Notes under the pieces: model-generated
What the model was told of the DNA's origin: nothing
The model's database searches: none
The model's input: the letters and a program-made list of their open reading frames with translations, nothing else
Position numbers and translations under genes: made by a program
Assembly (NCBI GenBank): GCA_016184305.1
Contig: JACPCX010000191.1
Coordinates: 1 to 39,341 of the forward strand
Length of the DNA stretch: 39,341 bases
From: Candidatus Rokuibacteriota bacterium
Lineage (GTDB): Bacteria > Methylomirabilota > Methylomirabilia > Rokubacteriales > CSP1-6
Direction of reading: 5' to 3'
Shown here: positions 7,759 to 19,955 of the stretch, piece after piece
How positions within the stretch are numbered: the first letter of the stretch is position 1
Layout: each line of letters begins with the position of its first letter

Positions 7759-8468
7759 GGCCCCTGGCCGCCTCGGTCCGCTCGGGGGATTGGCTGCTGC
7801 TGGGGATCCTGCTGCTGACCGCCTGCGAGGCTCCGCCGCCGCCGCGGGCCGAGCCCGATCTCGCGACCCAGGCGGCCCAGGCGCTCGACCAGGGAGAGTA
7901 CGCCAAGGCCGCGGACCTCTACCGGCGGGCGCTGGAAGCGTCGCCACAGAGCCTGCCGCTCCATTACGGCCTGGCCGTGGCGGCCTCCTACCTCGACCTG
8001 AAGGAGGAGGCGATCCGCGAGTTCAGGTGGGTGCTCGAGCGGGGTGCGCCGGGCTCAGCCGAGGTGGAGGCCGCTCGCAGATGGCTCGCCAGCGTGGGCG
8101 CCCTGCCGCGGCCGGCGGTCGCCGCGATGCCGGCTGGCGGGGAGCGCGAGCTGGGCAACGCCAGCCTCGAGGGACGGGTGGTCTTCGGCGAGGGGCAGGA
8201 CTTGCGGCCGATGGTGCGCAAGGCGCTGATCCTCGTCGGACAGCCGGGCACGCCCACCAAGGAGGAGCGCTACAACCTGCGAACCGATGAGGAGGGGCAG
8301 TACCGGTTCCCCAGCGTGGCCCCCGGCCCCTACATGCTCACCGATCGGGTCGCAGGCCCCGTGATCTGGCGGCTGCGCGTGGAACTTCAGCCCAGCCAGG
8401 AGATGACGCTGAACCTCGACCCCGCCAACAGCGTGAAGGTGCGCGACGATTTCCCCAACCTGAAGTAG
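7755..8468 (+). CDS. Lipoprotein with TPR and C-terminal carboxypeptidase-regulatory-like beta domain
   Basis: Lipobox LLTA|C; TPR pair (GEYAKAADLYRRALEASP); 'RTDEEGQYRFPSVAPGPY' motif; GTGA-coupled to the PilX-like gene. Confidence 0.7.
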   Translation: MRPLAASVRSGDWLLLGILLLTACEAPPPPRAEPDLATQAAQALDQGEYAKAADLYRRALEASPQSLPLHYGLAVAASYLDLKEEAIREFRWVLERGAPGSAEVEAARRWLASVGALPRPAVAAMPAGGERELGNASLEGRVVFGEGQDLRPMVRKALILVGQPGTPTKEERYNLRTDEEGQYRFPSVAPGPYMLTDRVAGPVIWRLRVELQPSQEMTLNLDPANSVKVRDDFPNLK

Positions 8469-8650
8469 TCTGCCCTGGGCGCATCCCCCATATGAGGCGT
8501 CGATTGTTTTTTCGCAGCGGTTTGGCGGGGCCCGTATACATTAGTCACCTGTTCGGGGCCTTTCCTCACGCTCACTTATCCGCCGGCTGAGCCGCGTGCC
8601 CCGGGGGCGGTCCCCGGGGAGCAGGCGCGGCAGCGGGCACGGAGCCGACC

Positions 8651-9712
8651 ATGGCGCTGTTCGGGCTGGGGAAGAAGCAGGCGACCTTCGGGCTGGACAT
8701 CGGATCCAGCAGCGTGAAGGTGGTCGAGCTCGCCGAGGGGCGGGGCGGGCTCACGCTCCTGTCCTTCGCCACGATCGCCTTGCCCCGCGACGTCATCGGC
8801 GAGGGCACCATCAAGGACCCGTCCGTCGTCGCCGAGGCGATCAAGGAGTGCGTCGAGAAGGCGGGGATCAAGACCAAGACCGCCGTCATCTCCGTCTCCG
8901 GGCGCGAGGCCATGACGAAGCGGGTCCCGATCCCGAAGGTGTCGCCCAAGGAGCTGGCCGACGCCATCTGGCTCGAGGCCGAGCACCACATCCCCTTCGC
9001 CGTGGACGACGTGTTCCTCGACTATCAGGTGGTGGGTGAGGCGGGGAACACCATGGACGTCATGGTCGTGGCGGTCAAGCGAGTGAAGGTGCTCGAGTAC
9101 GTAACGGCGGTCGAGGAGGCCGGGTTCGAGGTCGGGGTGGTGGATCTCGATGCCTTCGCCATCCAGAACCAGTACGAGATGAATAATCCCGGCGACAGTG
9201 GCGAGGCCGTGGCTCTCATCGACATCGGCGCCAGCTTCATGAAGACCAACGTCATCCGTGGCGGCGGCTCCATCTTCGCCCGCGACGTCCCCTTCGGCGG
9301 CCATCACTATACCGAGGCCATCGCCCAGCGGCTGAACATCCCCTTCGAGAAGGCCGAGGCCGCGAAGCAGGGGCAGGAGGTGGGCGTCAACTGGGAGGAC
9401 ATGGTCCCGGCGCTCGAGTCGGTCTCGCGGGATCTGTCGCTGGAAGTGCAGCGGATCTTCGACTACTTCGCCTCCGCCGCCGAGCACGAGCGGATCGGCA
9501 AGATCGTGCTCTCCGGGGGCTGCGCGCGGCTGGCCGGGCTCGACGAGTTCCTCTCCTCCTCGTGGGGGATCCCCGCGGAGCTGGCGCGGCCCTTCCAGGG
9601 GGTGCAGGTGGATGCGGCCCGCTTCCCCGCCCACGAGATCGACCAAATCGGGCCGGGGCTGGCGGTGGCGGTGGGACTGGGGCTCCGGCGTCCGGGGGAC
9701 AAGCCGGCATGA
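8651..9712 (+). CDS. pilM: Type IV pilus assembly protein PilM
   Basis: GLDIGSSSVKVVEL, LIDIGA, LSGGCA, C-terminal AVAVGLGLR. Confidence 0.95.
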   Translation: MALFGLGKKQATFGLDIGSSSVKVVELAEGRGGLTLLSFATIALPRDVIGEGTIKDPSVVAEAIKECVEKAGIKTKTAVISVSGREAMTKRVPIPKVSPKELADAIWLEAEHHIPFAVDDVFLDYQVVGEAGNTMDVMVVAVKRVKVLEYVTAVEEAGFEVGVVDLDAFAIQNQYEMNNPGDSGEAVALIDIGASFMKTNVIRGGGSIFARDVPFGGHHYTEAIAQRLNIPFEKAEAAKQGQEVGVNWEDMVPALESVSRDLSLEVQRIFDYFASAAEHERIGKIVLSGGCARLAGLDEFLSSSWGIPAELARPFQGVQVDAARFPAHEIDQIGPGLAVAVGLGLRRPGDKPA

Positions 9713-10257
9713 TCAAGATCAACCTGGCGCCGCCTACCGCGAAGAAGCGATTCTCGATCGGCATGCCAGGCTTCAACCTGGGGATCCTCTTCGGCATCCT
9801 GTTCGTCGTGGTGGTCGGAGCTGTCGGCCTCTGGTGGTGGACGCTCGACTCGGAGGTGCAGGGCCTGAACCGCCAGATCGCCGAGAATCAGAAGGAGATC
9901 ACCCGGCTGAAGCAGGTGATCGCCGAGGGCCAGCGCTTCAAGCGGGAGAAGGAGGAGCTCGAGCGCCGGGTCAACGCCATCGAGTCCGTGGCCCGCCTGC
10001 AGACGCGCCCCGTGTACCTGCTCGATGCCGTGGCCGACATGCTCACGAAGGACCTGTGGCTCACGCGGATGGAGGAGAAAGGGCAGCAGCTCCGCTTCGC
10101 CGGCACCACGTACTCCTCAACGGCGCTGGCCGACTTCATGGCGAACCTGAAGGCCTCCGGGAAGTTCAAGGACGTGGACCTGCTGGAGTCGCGCCAGGAC
10201 CTGACCAAGTCGCCGCGGACGATCACCTTCGAGGTGTCGTGCCGCTTCGAGATCTGA
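9709..10257 (+). CDS. pilN: PilN
   Basis: N-terminal MIKINL PilM-binding motif, TM segment, coiled coil, 'LADFMANLKASGKF'. Confidence 0.92.
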   Translation: MIKINLAPPTAKKRFSIGMPGFNLGILFGILFVVVVGAVGLWWWTLDSEVQGLNRQIAENQKEITRLKQVIAEGQRFKREKEELERRVNAIESVARLQTRPVYLLDAVADMLTKDLWLTRMEEKGQQLRFAGTTYSSTALADFMANLKASGKFKDVDLLESRQDLTKSPRTITFEVSCRFEI

Positions 10258-10260
10258 GCC

Positions 10261-10926
10261 ATGGCCTTCCTGGATCCCATCTACGCCCTGCCGACGCCCC
10301 AGAAGGTCATCCTGGGGGTGCTGCCGCTCGTGGCCGTGGGGGCGCTCGGCTGGTTCCTGCTCATCTCGCCCAAGACGGACGAGCGCGACAGCCTCTTCCA
10401 GCGAAACGAGACGCTCCGCGCCGAGGTGATGAAGGCGAGGGCCGACGAGGCCAACCTGCGGCCTTTCCGCCTCCAGGCCGAGGCGCTGCGCAAGCGGCTC
10501 GAGGCCGCCAAGGAGCGTCTCCCGGCCGAGAAGGACATCCCGAGGCTTTACCGGCAGGTCTCGGACCTGGCCATCCAGTCGGGGCTGGGCGTGGCCCTGT
10601 TCCAGCCCAGGCCGCCCGAGGAGCGCGCCGTCTTCGCCGAGGTGCCCATCACCCTGACGGCCGAGGCGGGCTACCACCAGCTCGGCGCCTTCTTCGACAG
10701 GGTGGCCCGACTGCCCCGGGTGGTGACCCTCGGCGACTTCAAGGTTTCCGGCATCGGTAAACCGACCGGGACAATCCGTGCCGAGATGACGCTCGCGACC
10801 TACGTCTTCCGGGCCGAGGGAGCGCCAGGACCCGGTAAGCCGGGGGTGCCGGCGAGGCCTGCGGCCGGAGCCGCTCCGCCTGCGCCACCCGCGCCGGCCG
10901 CGCCGCGCCCGGGAGCCCGCCCATGA
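10261..10926 (+). CDS. pilO: PilO
   Basis: TM segment, coiled coil, 'LPAEKDIPRL', 'GYHQLGAFFDRVARLPRVV'. Confidence 0.92.
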   Translation: MAFLDPIYALPTPQKVILGVLPLVAVGALGWFLLISPKTDERDSLFQRNETLRAEVMKARADEANLRPFRLQAEALRKRLEAAKERLPAEKDIPRLYRQVSDLAIQSGLGVALFQPRPPEERAVFAEVPITLTAEAGYHQLGAFFDRVARLPRVVTLGDFKVSGIGKPTGTIRAEMTLATYVFRAEGAPGPGKPGVPARPAAGAAPPAPPAPAAPRPGARP

Positions 10927-11393
10927 TCGCCCGTGGCGCGCTGCTGCTGGCGGCCCTGACGCTCGTGCTCGCGGGCTGCGGAGGCGGAGCGCCATCGACA
11001 CCGCCGGGTCCACCCGCTCCGGGGCCGGTCGTCACACCCCCGCCGCCAAAGCCGCCGGGCATGGCCGCCCTGGCCGAGGCGGGCGCGCCGCTGCCGCCCA
11101 TCCCCTACGCAACCAAGCAGCGCCGCGATCCATTCAGCCCGGTGGTGATCGTGAGCCAGGGCGGCAAGGGGCTCCAGGTAGGCTCGGTGAAGCTGGTGGG
11201 GGTCATCCAGGGACGGCAGTGGCCGCTGGCGCTGGTCGAGGCGCCGGACGGCATCGGCTACATCCTCAAGCCGGGCGACACGCTGGGCGACGGCCGCGTG
11301 ACCCAGATCACCGCGGACTCGGTGAGCTTCGCCGTTGCCGGGCCGCCGAGCCAGAAGTCGAGCAGCGTGACGCTCAGCTTGAGAACGGACTGA
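10923..11393 (+). CDS. pilP: PilP lipoprotein
   Basis: Lipobox LAG|C, Pro-rich linker, 'RRDPF', 'KLVGVI', 'ALVEAPDGIGYILKPGD'. Confidence 0.9.
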   Translation: MIARGALLLAALTLVLAGCGGGAPSTPPGPPAPGPVVTPPPPKPPGMAALAEAGAPLPPIPYATKQRRDPFSPVVIVSQGGKGLQVGSVKLVGVIQGRQWPLALVEAPDGIGYILKPGDTLGDGRVTQITADSVSFAVAGPPSQKSSSVTLSLRTD

Positions 11394-11408
11394 GAGAGGG
11401 GTGAGGTC

Positions 11409-13784
11409 ATGAAGGGTATGGCGCGCATCGCGACGTTCCTGCTGGTGATCGGGCTCCTGAGCCCGGAGATCAGCAGAGCCCAGACCGCACCCGTCCAGCT
11501 CAGGAACGTGAGCATCGACCGCGCGGCCGACGGCGTGACCGTGAAGATCAAGACCAGCGGACCGGCCCGCTACCAGGCCACGCTGATGGAGTCCCCGACC
11601 CGGCTCGTGATCGACATGGCGGACACCGTGTACGGCTGGAGCAGCCAGAGTCTCACGCCCGACATGGCCCCCATCAAGGAGATCCGCGGCAGCCAGTGGA
11701 AGCCCGGGACCTCACGCATCGTCCTCGAGCTGACCCGGAAGGTCGGCTATCGCATCGAGCAGGGCGCGGATGGGCTGTCCGTGATCCTGGACGCCTCGGC
11801 CACCGCCAGGAGCGAGAGGATGCCGGCCCCGGAGCCGGCGCGACGCCCGGAGCCAAAGCCCGACGTGAAGGCCGAGGCGAAGGTCGAGGCGCCCGCGCCT
11901 GCCCCCGCTCCCGCCCGGATCGCCCAGACCGCGGCCGCGACGACTCGGCCGATGGCGAGCGCCCAGGCTGTCCCCGCACCCATCCGCCTGGCCCAGGCCC
12001 AGCCCTCTGTCCAGGCCCCGGCCGCCAATGGCTCGCGCCTCATCTCCATGGACTTCAAGGACGCCGACGTCGTGAATCTCTTCCGCATCCTCGCCGCCGA
12101 GAGCGGCCGGAACATCGTGGTGGGCGACGACGTCAAGGGGAAGGCCTCCATCTCCCTCCGCAACGTGACCTGGGAGCAGGCCCTGGAGGTGATCCTCGAG
12201 GTGCGGGGCTTGCAGAAGATCGAGAAGGGCGGCGTCATCCGCATCGTCTCCACGGAGCAGCTCGGCAAGGAGCGGGAGGCCGTGGCCCGGTTGAACGAGG
12301 CCAAGCTCAAGGCGGAGATCGACACCCGCACCAAGCTCGCCGAGGCGCAGCTCAAGGAGGCCGATCTCGCGGCCAAGCGGCTCAACGCCCAGGCAGCGGC
12401 CGAGGAGGCCAGGGCGCGCGGCCCGTTGCGCGAGGAAACGATCCGCCTCTCCTATGCCGATCCCGAGGAGGTGGCGCGGACGCTCCAGGGCATACTCGGC
12501 ATTCCGCCCGAGGGCACGGCGCCGGTGCCGTCGCAACCGCTCGTGCCGCAGGTGCTCCCGAGCGGCGCCACGCCCGCGGCTGCCCCCGGCACAGGCGGCC
12601 AGCCCTATATCGCCGAACAACCGTTCTCGCAGATGTTCGGCCCGCAGGCCGGACAGGCAGGGCTGCGGCCAGTGGTGTCGGTGAGCCAGGACGTGCTGGC
12701 CAAGGGCATCACGATCCGCTCCCACAAGCCCACGAACACCATCTTCATCCGCCACTACGCCGCCGACCTCGAGCGGATCAAGAAGCTGATCCGCGAGCAG
12801 CTCGACGTGCCGCTGCCCCAGGTCAAGATCGAGGCGCGGATGGAGATCCTGGACCGCAATGCGCTGGAGGCCATCGGCGTGCAGTGGGGCGGCGCAGCCG
12901 CGCGCAATGTCTTCAACCGCGCCACGCTGGTCGGCCAGGGCTTCCAGTCGGCGCCGAGCGGCGTGCCGGGGCTGACCTTGCCCGTGGTCGGCGGCGTGCT
13001 CCAGCCCGACGGCTCCACCATCTCCATCAACCCCACGGCCCAGTCGGGCATCCTCCCCGTCAACCAGAACGTGACGCTGAATCGGCTGCTGCCCGTGGAG
13101 ACGACCACGGGGCTGCCCATGGGCGGCAACCTGGTGAACCTGCCCTTCTCGCTGCTGCCCAACGCCGCCAGCGCCGTACCCGCCGGCGGCATCGCCTTCG
13201 GCATCATCGGCACCAAGCTCAACATCAACCTGGCGCTGCAGGCCCTCGAGACCCAGGGCAAGACGCGGACGCTGGCGCGCCCCGAGATCGTGACCGTGGA
13301 GAACAGCAAGGCCTCCGTCACCCTCGGCGAGGAGATCCCCTACGCCACGGTGAGCAGCGCCGGCACCCAGATCCAGTTCAAGGAGGCCGTGCTCAAGCTC
13401 GAGGTCACGCCCACCGTGATCCGCGAGAAGATCGGCGGCGAGGACATCACCAAGATCAAGATGGTGGTCCTGGTCGAGAACAACTCGCGTGGCGACACCC
13501 TCAGCCCCGCCCCCGGGGTGAGCGTGCCGCTCATCAACCGAAGAAAGACCGAGACCCAGGTGCTCATGAGGGAAGGCGAGCGGCTGGTGATCGGCGGCGT
13601 GACGCAGTCCGTCCAGCAGAACACCGTCCGCAAGGTCCCGCTCTTCGGTGACATCCCGGTGCTCGGCTGGCTCTTCAAGCAGCGGGAGAACTTCGAGACT
13701 GGCCGCGAGCTGGTGGTGTTCGTGACGCCCACCATCCTCAAGACGGACGGCGCCCAGCCGGCGCAGGCCGCGCCGGGCAAGTAG
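11409..13784 (+). CDS. pilQ: Type IV pilus secretin PilQ with N-terminal AMIN domain
   Basis: AMIN-like 'PTRLVIDM', N0 '[10 protein letters not shown]', 'PQVKIEAR', secretin signature '[18 protein letters not shown]...[10 protein letters not shown]'. Confidence 0.95.
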   Translation: MKGMARIATFLLVIGLLSPEISRAQTAPVQLRNVSIDRAADGVTVKIKTSGPARYQATLMESPTRLVIDMADTVYGWSSQSLTPDMAPIKEIRGSQWKPGTSRIVLELTRKVGYRIEQGADGLSVILDASATARSERMPAPEPARRPEPKPDVKAEAKVEAPAPAPAPARIAQTAAATTRPMASAQAVPAPIRLAQAQPSVQAPAANGSRLISMDFKDADVVNLFRILAAESGRNIVVGDDVKGKASISLRNVTWEQALEVILEVRGLQKIEKGGVIRIVSTEQLGKEREAVARLNEAKLKAEIDTRTKLAEAQLKEADLAAKRLNAQAAAEEARARGPLREETIRLSYADPEEVARTLQGILGIPPEGTAPVPSQPLVPQVLPSGATPAAAPGTGGQPYIAEQPFSQMFGPQAGQAGLRPVVSVSQDVLAKGITIRSHKPTNTIFIRHYAADLERIKKLIREQLDVPLPQVKIEARMEILDRNALEAIGVQWGGAAARNVFNRATLVGQGFQSAPSGVPGLTLPVVGGVLQPDGSTISINPTAQSGILPVNQNVTLNRLLPVETTTGLPMGGNLVNLPFSLLPNAASAVPAGGIAFGIIGTKLNINLALQALETQGKTRTLARPEIVTVENSKASVTLGEEIPYATVSSAGTQIQFKEAVLKLEVTPTVIREKIGGEDITKIKMVVLVENNSRGDTLSPAPGVSVPLINRRKTETQVLMREGERLVIGGVTQSVQQNTVRKVPLFGDIPVLGWLFKQRENFETGRELVVFVTPTILKTDGAQPAQAAPGK

Positions 13785-13788
13785 GCTC

Positions 13789-14961
13789 GTGAGCGGGACG
13801 TTCCGCTTCCTCACCGCGGGGGAATCCCACGGCGAGGGGCTGACCGCTGTCATCGAGGGTGTCCCGGCCGGCCTGTCGCTGACCGAGGCCGACATCAACG
13901 AGGACCTGGCGCGGCGGCAGCGCGGCTACGGCCGCGGCGGCCGCATGAAGATCGAGCGCGACCAGGCCCACATCTCCTCGGGGTTGCGCTGGGGCGTGAC
14001 GCTGGGCAGCCCCATCACGCTATCCATCCAGAACCGCGACTGGGAGAACTGGAAGACCACCATGGCCGTCGGCGAGCCGCCGGCTGGCGCCCCCGCCAAG
14101 GCCGTGACGCGGCCGCGGCCCGGGCACGCCGATCTGGCCGGCGCCATGAAGTACGGCCACCGCGACATCCGCAATGTGCTGGAGCGCTCCAGTGCCCGGG
14201 AGACCACCGCGCGCGTGGCCGTGGCCGGAGTCGCCAAGCGGTTCCTGGCGGAATTCGGCATCTCGATCCTGAGCCACGTCATCGAGATCGGAGGGTTGCG
14301 CATCGTCCCCCTCGAGCTGCCCTGGGAGGAGATCAGGCGCCGCGCCGAGGCCTCGGAGGTTCGCTGCGCCGACCCCACCGCCGAGCGGGCCATGATCGAG
14401 GCCATCGACCAGGCCAGGGCCACGGGGGACACGCTGGGAGGCGTCTTCGAGGTGGTGGCCCTGGGCTGCCCCGTGGGTCTCGGCTCCTATGTGCACTGGG
14501 ATCGCAAGCTCGACGGACGGCTCGCCCAGGCGTTCTGCTCCATCCACGCGATCAAGGGCGCCGAGTTCGGCATGGGCTTCGAGGCCGCCCGCCGCCCCGG
14601 CTCCCAGGTCCACGACGAGATCCTCTTCGACAGGGACGCGGGCTTCAGCCGGCGCACCAACAGCGCCGGTGGGCTCGAGGGCGGCGTGACCAACGGCCAG
14701 CCCGTGATCGTGCGCGCCGTCATGAAGCCCATCGCGACGCTCCGGCGCCCGCTCCAGTCCGTGGACGTCGAGACGAAGGTAGTGGTGGAGGCCGTGGTGG
14801 AGCGGAGCGATGTCTGCGCGGTGCCCGCTGCGGGAGTGGTGGGCGAGGCCATGATGGCCATCACGCTCGCCCAGGCCGTCCTCGAGAAGTTCGGCGGCGA
14901 CAGCCTCGAGGAGATCCGCCGGAACTACCAGGGCTACCAGGACTCCCTCAAGCGCTGGTAA
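13789..14961 (+). CDS. aroC: Chorismate synthase
   Basis: [45 protein letters not shown]. Confidence 0.97.
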   Translation: MSGTFRFLTAGESHGEGLTAVIEGVPAGLSLTEADINEDLARRQRGYGRGGRMKIERDQAHISSGLRWGVTLGSPITLSIQNRDWENWKTTMAVGEPPAGAPAKAVTRPRPGHADLAGAMKYGHRDIRNVLERSSARETTARVAVAGVAKRFLAEFGISILSHVIEIGGLRIVPLELPWEEIRRRAEASEVRCADPTAERAMIEAIDQARATGDTLGGVFEVVALGCPVGLGSYVHWDRKLDGRLAQAFCSIHAIKGAEFGMGFEAARRPGSQVHDEILFDRDAGFSRRTNSAGGLEGGVTNGQPVIVRAVMKPIATLRRPLQSVDVETKVVVEAVVERSDVCAVPAAGVVGEAMMAITLAQAVLEKFGGDSLEEIRRNYQGYQDSLKRW

Positions 14962-15012
14962 CCCCGCCCCGGTTGCGGCGGCACCCCAGTACATTACATT
15001 CAAGCGAGCAAG

Positions 15013-16095
15013 ATGATAGACATCGCGGTGAACCTGGGGGCGCGCTCCTACCGTATCCTCGTGGGCCCAGATCTCCTGCGCGCGGTCGGCGCCGAGCTCT
15101 CCCATTACGGCGTGGGCGGCAGGGTGGCCGTGCTGAGCGACGAGCCGGTCATGGCGCTCCACGGTCGCCAGGTCGTGGAGGGCCTCGAGGCCGCCGGCTT
15201 CTCGGTGACGGAGATCCGCCTGCCCGCAGGCGAAGCGGCCAAAACCCTCGCCACCGCCGAGCGGGCATGGGACGCGCTCCTCGCGGCGGGCCTGGACCGG
15301 ACCTCCACCGTGGTGGCCGTGGGCGGCGGCGCGGTCGGAGATCTCTCCGGGTTCGTGGCGGCCACGTACATGCGCGGGGTGAACTTTGTCCAGGTGCCCA
15401 CCACGCTCCTGGCCCAGGTGGACGCCTCCATCGGCGGCAAGACCGCGATCGACCACCCGCGCGCCAAGAACCTGATCGGCGCCTTTCACCAGCCGAAGTT
15501 CGTCGTGGCTGACCCGGCCGTCCTCCTCACGCTCCCGGAGCGGGAGTTCCGATCGGGGCTCGCTGAGGTCATCAAGCACGGAATCGTGCTCGACGCCGCC
15601 TACTTCGCCGACCTGGAGGCGCACCTGTCCGCGCTCCTGGCGCGCGATCTCCCGACGCTGACCCGGGTCGTGGCCGGGTCGTGCCGGATCAAGGCCGCGG
15701 TGGTGGAGCGTGACGAGCAGGAGGCGGAGCTGCGCGCGGTGCTGAACTACGGCCACACCATCGGCCACGCGGTGGAGGCGGTTACCGGCTTCGAGCGGTG
15801 GACGCACGGGGAGGCGGTGGCGCTCGGCATCGCCGCGGAGGCACGGCTGGCCGAGCGGCTCGGCATCGCCGGCGCTGACGCGACGGCGAGGCAGACCGGG
15901 ATCCTCCAGGCGGTGGGCCTGCCGGTGAGGGGGTCGGGAGCCGAGCCCGCGGCCGTCATCGAGGCCCTGGCCCGAGACAAGAAGGCAAGGGATGGCCGGG
16001 TGCCGTTCGTGCTCGCCCCGAGGATCGGCGCCTTCCGCCTCGTCTTCGACGTGCCGCAGGCGGCCGTGCTGGAGACCCTGGAAGAGCTCGCCTGA
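15013..16095 (+). CDS. aroB: 3-dehydroquinate synthase
   Basis: GGGAVGDLSGF, PTTLLAQVDASIGGKT, KNLIGAFHQP, LNYGHTIGHA, HGEAV, DKK. Confidence 0.97.
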   Translation: MIDIAVNLGARSYRILVGPDLLRAVGAELSHYGVGGRVAVLSDEPVMALHGRQVVEGLEAAGFSVTEIRLPAGEAAKTLATAERAWDALLAAGLDRTSTVVAVGGGAVGDLSGFVAATYMRGVNFVQVPTTLLAQVDASIGGKTAIDHPRAKNLIGAFHQPKFVVADPAVLLTLPEREFRSGLAEVIKHGIVLDAAYFADLEAHLSALLARDLPTLTRVVAGSCRIKAAVVERDEQEAELRAVLNYGHTIGHAVEAVTGFERWTHGEAVALGIAAEARLAERLGIAGADATARQTGILQAVGLPVRGSGAEPAAVIEALARDKKARDGRVPFVLAPRIGAFRLVFDVPQAAVLETLEELA

Positions 16096-16101
16096 GCTCG
16101 A

Positions 16102-16130
16102 TTGACTGGACGCGGCGACCCACGTATAAC
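16102..16130 (+). promoter_or_regulatory. sigma70-type promoter
   Basis: TTGACT-17 nt-TATAAC, with 9 nt between the -10 element and ATG 16140. Confidence 0.65.
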
Positions 16131-16139
16131 GAAATCGCC

Positions 16140-16802
16140 ATGGTTCAGCCGGTGCCTCGGGTCGGCGGGGACGTCGCGGCCCAGGAAGCCGCCCAGAGCG
16201 CCATCCGCCGCTACGAGGAGCGGCTCGCGAAGGATCCCGCGTCGGTCGCCTTCGCCCCCCTGGCGGATGCGTATCGCAAGGCGGGCCGGAGCCGCGAGGC
16301 GATCAGGCTGTGCCGCGAGGGACTCGATCGCGTCCCTCACTACACGACGGCGCGACTCGTGCTCGCCAAGGCGCTCCTGGACGAGGGCGACCCGGATGGG
16401 GCCGCGGCCGAGCTTCGGGCGCTCGTGGCGAGCGGAGCGAAGGACCCGGAGGCACACCGGCTCCTGGCGCAGCTCGATCGACTTGCCGGCCGGCTCGATG
16501 ACGCGATGACCCACCTCGAGCAGGCGGCGAAGCTGGACCCGGGGGACCGCGAGTCGCGCGTCACGCTGGAGCTCCTGAAGGGCGACGGCCGCCTCCCGGA
16601 CGGCTCGCCGCTCGCCGGGCTCCTGGCCGACGACACGTTCGCCACGCTCTCGTTCGGGGCGGCCTGCCTCGGGCAGGGGCTCTGCGAGGACGCCGCGCAG
16701 ATCTTCCTGCGGCTGCTCAAGAGGAATCCGGGAGACGCCCGGGCCCGCTCGCTGCTCGAGCAGGCGGTTCGGACCAGGACCCAAAAACGGAAGGGACCAT
16801 AA
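16140..16802 (+). CDS. TPR protein
   Basis: 'DPASVAFAPLADAYRKAG...AIRLCREGL' TPR pattern; family typically found after aroB. Confidence 0.85.
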   Translation: MVQPVPRVGGDVAAQEAAQSAIRRYEERLAKDPASVAFAPLADAYRKAGRSREAIRLCREGLDRVPHYTTARLVLAKALLDEGDPDGAAAELRALVASGAKDPEAHRLLAQLDRLAGRLDDAMTHLEQAAKLDPGDRESRVTLELLKGDGRLPDGSPLAGLLADDTFATLSFGAACLGQGLCEDAAQIFLRLLKRNPGDARARSLLEQAVRTRTQKRKGP

Positions 16803-16806
16803 CGCG

Positions 16807-17376
16807 ATGCAAGTGTCCACGGCTGAGTTCAAGAAGGGCCTCAAGATCCAGTTCGACGGGGCGCCCTACTCCATCGTCGACTTCCAGCACGTCAAGCCCG
16901 GCAAGGGCGGGGCGTTCGTCCGCACCAAGCTCAAGCACCTCAAGCTCGGGAGGGTCATCGACAACACCTTCCGCGCGGGCGAGAAGGTGGAGCTGGTGGA
17001 CTTCGACGAGAAGCGCATGCAGTACATGTACAAGGACGACCGGCTCCACTTCATGGATGTCGAGACCTACGAGCAGATCTCGCTCTCGCCCGAGGAGGTC
17101 GGGGATGCCCGGGACTTCCTCAAGGAGAACATCGAGGTCGAGATCCTCTTCATCGACGGCAGCCCCGTCACGGTGGAGCTGCCGAACTTCATCGATCTGC
17201 AGATCGCCGAGACCGATCCGGGCATGCGCGGCGACACCGCCTCCGGGGGCTCCAAGCCCGCCCGGCTGGAAACGGGGGCGGTCGTCCAGGTGCCGCTCTT
17301 CCTCAACGTGGGCGATGTGGTGAAGGTCGACACGCGCAGCGGCGAGTACCTCGGCCGCGTCGCGGCAGCGGGGTAG
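16807..17376 (+). CDS. efp: Elongation factor P
   Basis: HVKPGKGGAFVRTKLK, 'RGDTASGGSKPARLETG', 'VPLFL..GD.VKVDTR.GEY'. Confidence 0.97.
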   Translation: MQVSTAEFKKGLKIQFDGAPYSIVDFQHVKPGKGGAFVRTKLKHLKLGRVIDNTFRAGEKVELVDFDEKRMQYMYKDDRLHFMDVETYEQISLSPEEVGDARDFLKENIEVEILFIDGSPVTVELPNFIDLQIAETDPGMRGDTASGGSKPARLETGAVVQVPLFLNVGDVVKVDTRSGEYLGRVAAAG

Positions 17377-17380
17377 CGGC

Positions 17381-17869
<489 letters not shown>

Positions 17870-17899
17870 GACCGGACGACCTGGTCCCCTCCCGCACCC

Positions 17900-19234
<1,335 letters not shown>

Positions 19235-19240
19235 CCGGCC

Positions 19241-19885
19241 GTGATGTTCCCCACGCCGCTCTACGTGATCCTGGACCGCGCAGCGGCCCGCGGGCGCGAG
19301 CTGCCCGCCCTCCTCGAGGCGGTTCTCGCCGGCGGGGGCCGCGTGGTCCAGCTCCGGGAGAAGACCATGCCCATGGCGGAGCTGTTTCCGCTGGCGCGGA
19401 CGCTGCGGGAGCGCTGCCGCCGGGCCGGTGCGCTCTTCATCGTCAACGACCGCGCGGATCTGGCGCTGGCGCTCGGAGCGGACGGGCTCCACGTGGGGCA
19501 GGAGGACTTGCCGGCAGCAGCCGCGCGCCGCATCCTCCGCCCGGGGATGATCCTGGGCGTCTCGACCCACGACGAGCCCCAGGCCCGCCGGGCGAGGGAG
19601 GACGGCGCCGACTACATCGCGGTGGGCAGCATCTTCCCGACTGGCACCAAGGCCGGGTTCCAGCTGGTAGGGCTCGATCTCCTGAGGGAGCTCCGCCCCC
19701 GGCTCGGCGTTCCAGTGGTCGCCATCGGAGGCATCACGGAGGCCAATGTCGCTCAAGTGATGGAGGCCGGCGCCGATGCGGCAGCAGTGATCTCTGCCGT
19801 CTGCGGCACCGCCGATCCAAGGGAGGCGACGGCCCGCCTCCTCGAGGTCATGCCGAGGCCCGGCCCGGTTCAGGACAGTCGTTGA
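19241..19885 (+). CDS. thiE: Thiamine-phosphate synthase
   Basis: VQLREK, IVNDRADLA, GLHVGQED, GVSTH, PTGTK, VAIGGI. Confidence 0.93.
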   Translation: MMFPTPLYVILDRAAARGRELPALLEAVLAGGGRVVQLREKTMPMAELFPLARTLRERCRRAGALFIVNDRADLALALGADGLHVGQEDLPAAAARRILRPGMILGVSTHDEPQARRAREDGADYIAVGSIFPTGTKAGFQLVGLDLLRELRPRLGVPVVAIGGITEANVAQVMEAGADAAAVISAVCGTADPREATARLLEVMPRPGPVQDSR

Positions 19886-19909
19886 CCGTGAAACAGGAAC
19901 GGTTATAAT
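19882..19909 (+). promoter_or_regulatory. sigma70-type promoter of the liv operon
   Basis: TTGACC-16 nt-TATAAT upstream of the GAGGAGG RBS and ATG 19956. Confidence 0.65.
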
Positions 19910-19955
19910 ATCGTCGCCCTTAACCCTTACCCGCCCTGTGTTGAGGAGGGAACCG

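Noticed and set aside
8469..8650. Promoter in the AT-richer gap before pilM (TACATT at 8537-8542)
   Set aside because: A promoter is plausible, but there is no convincing -35 or sigma54 motif, so no specific call is made.
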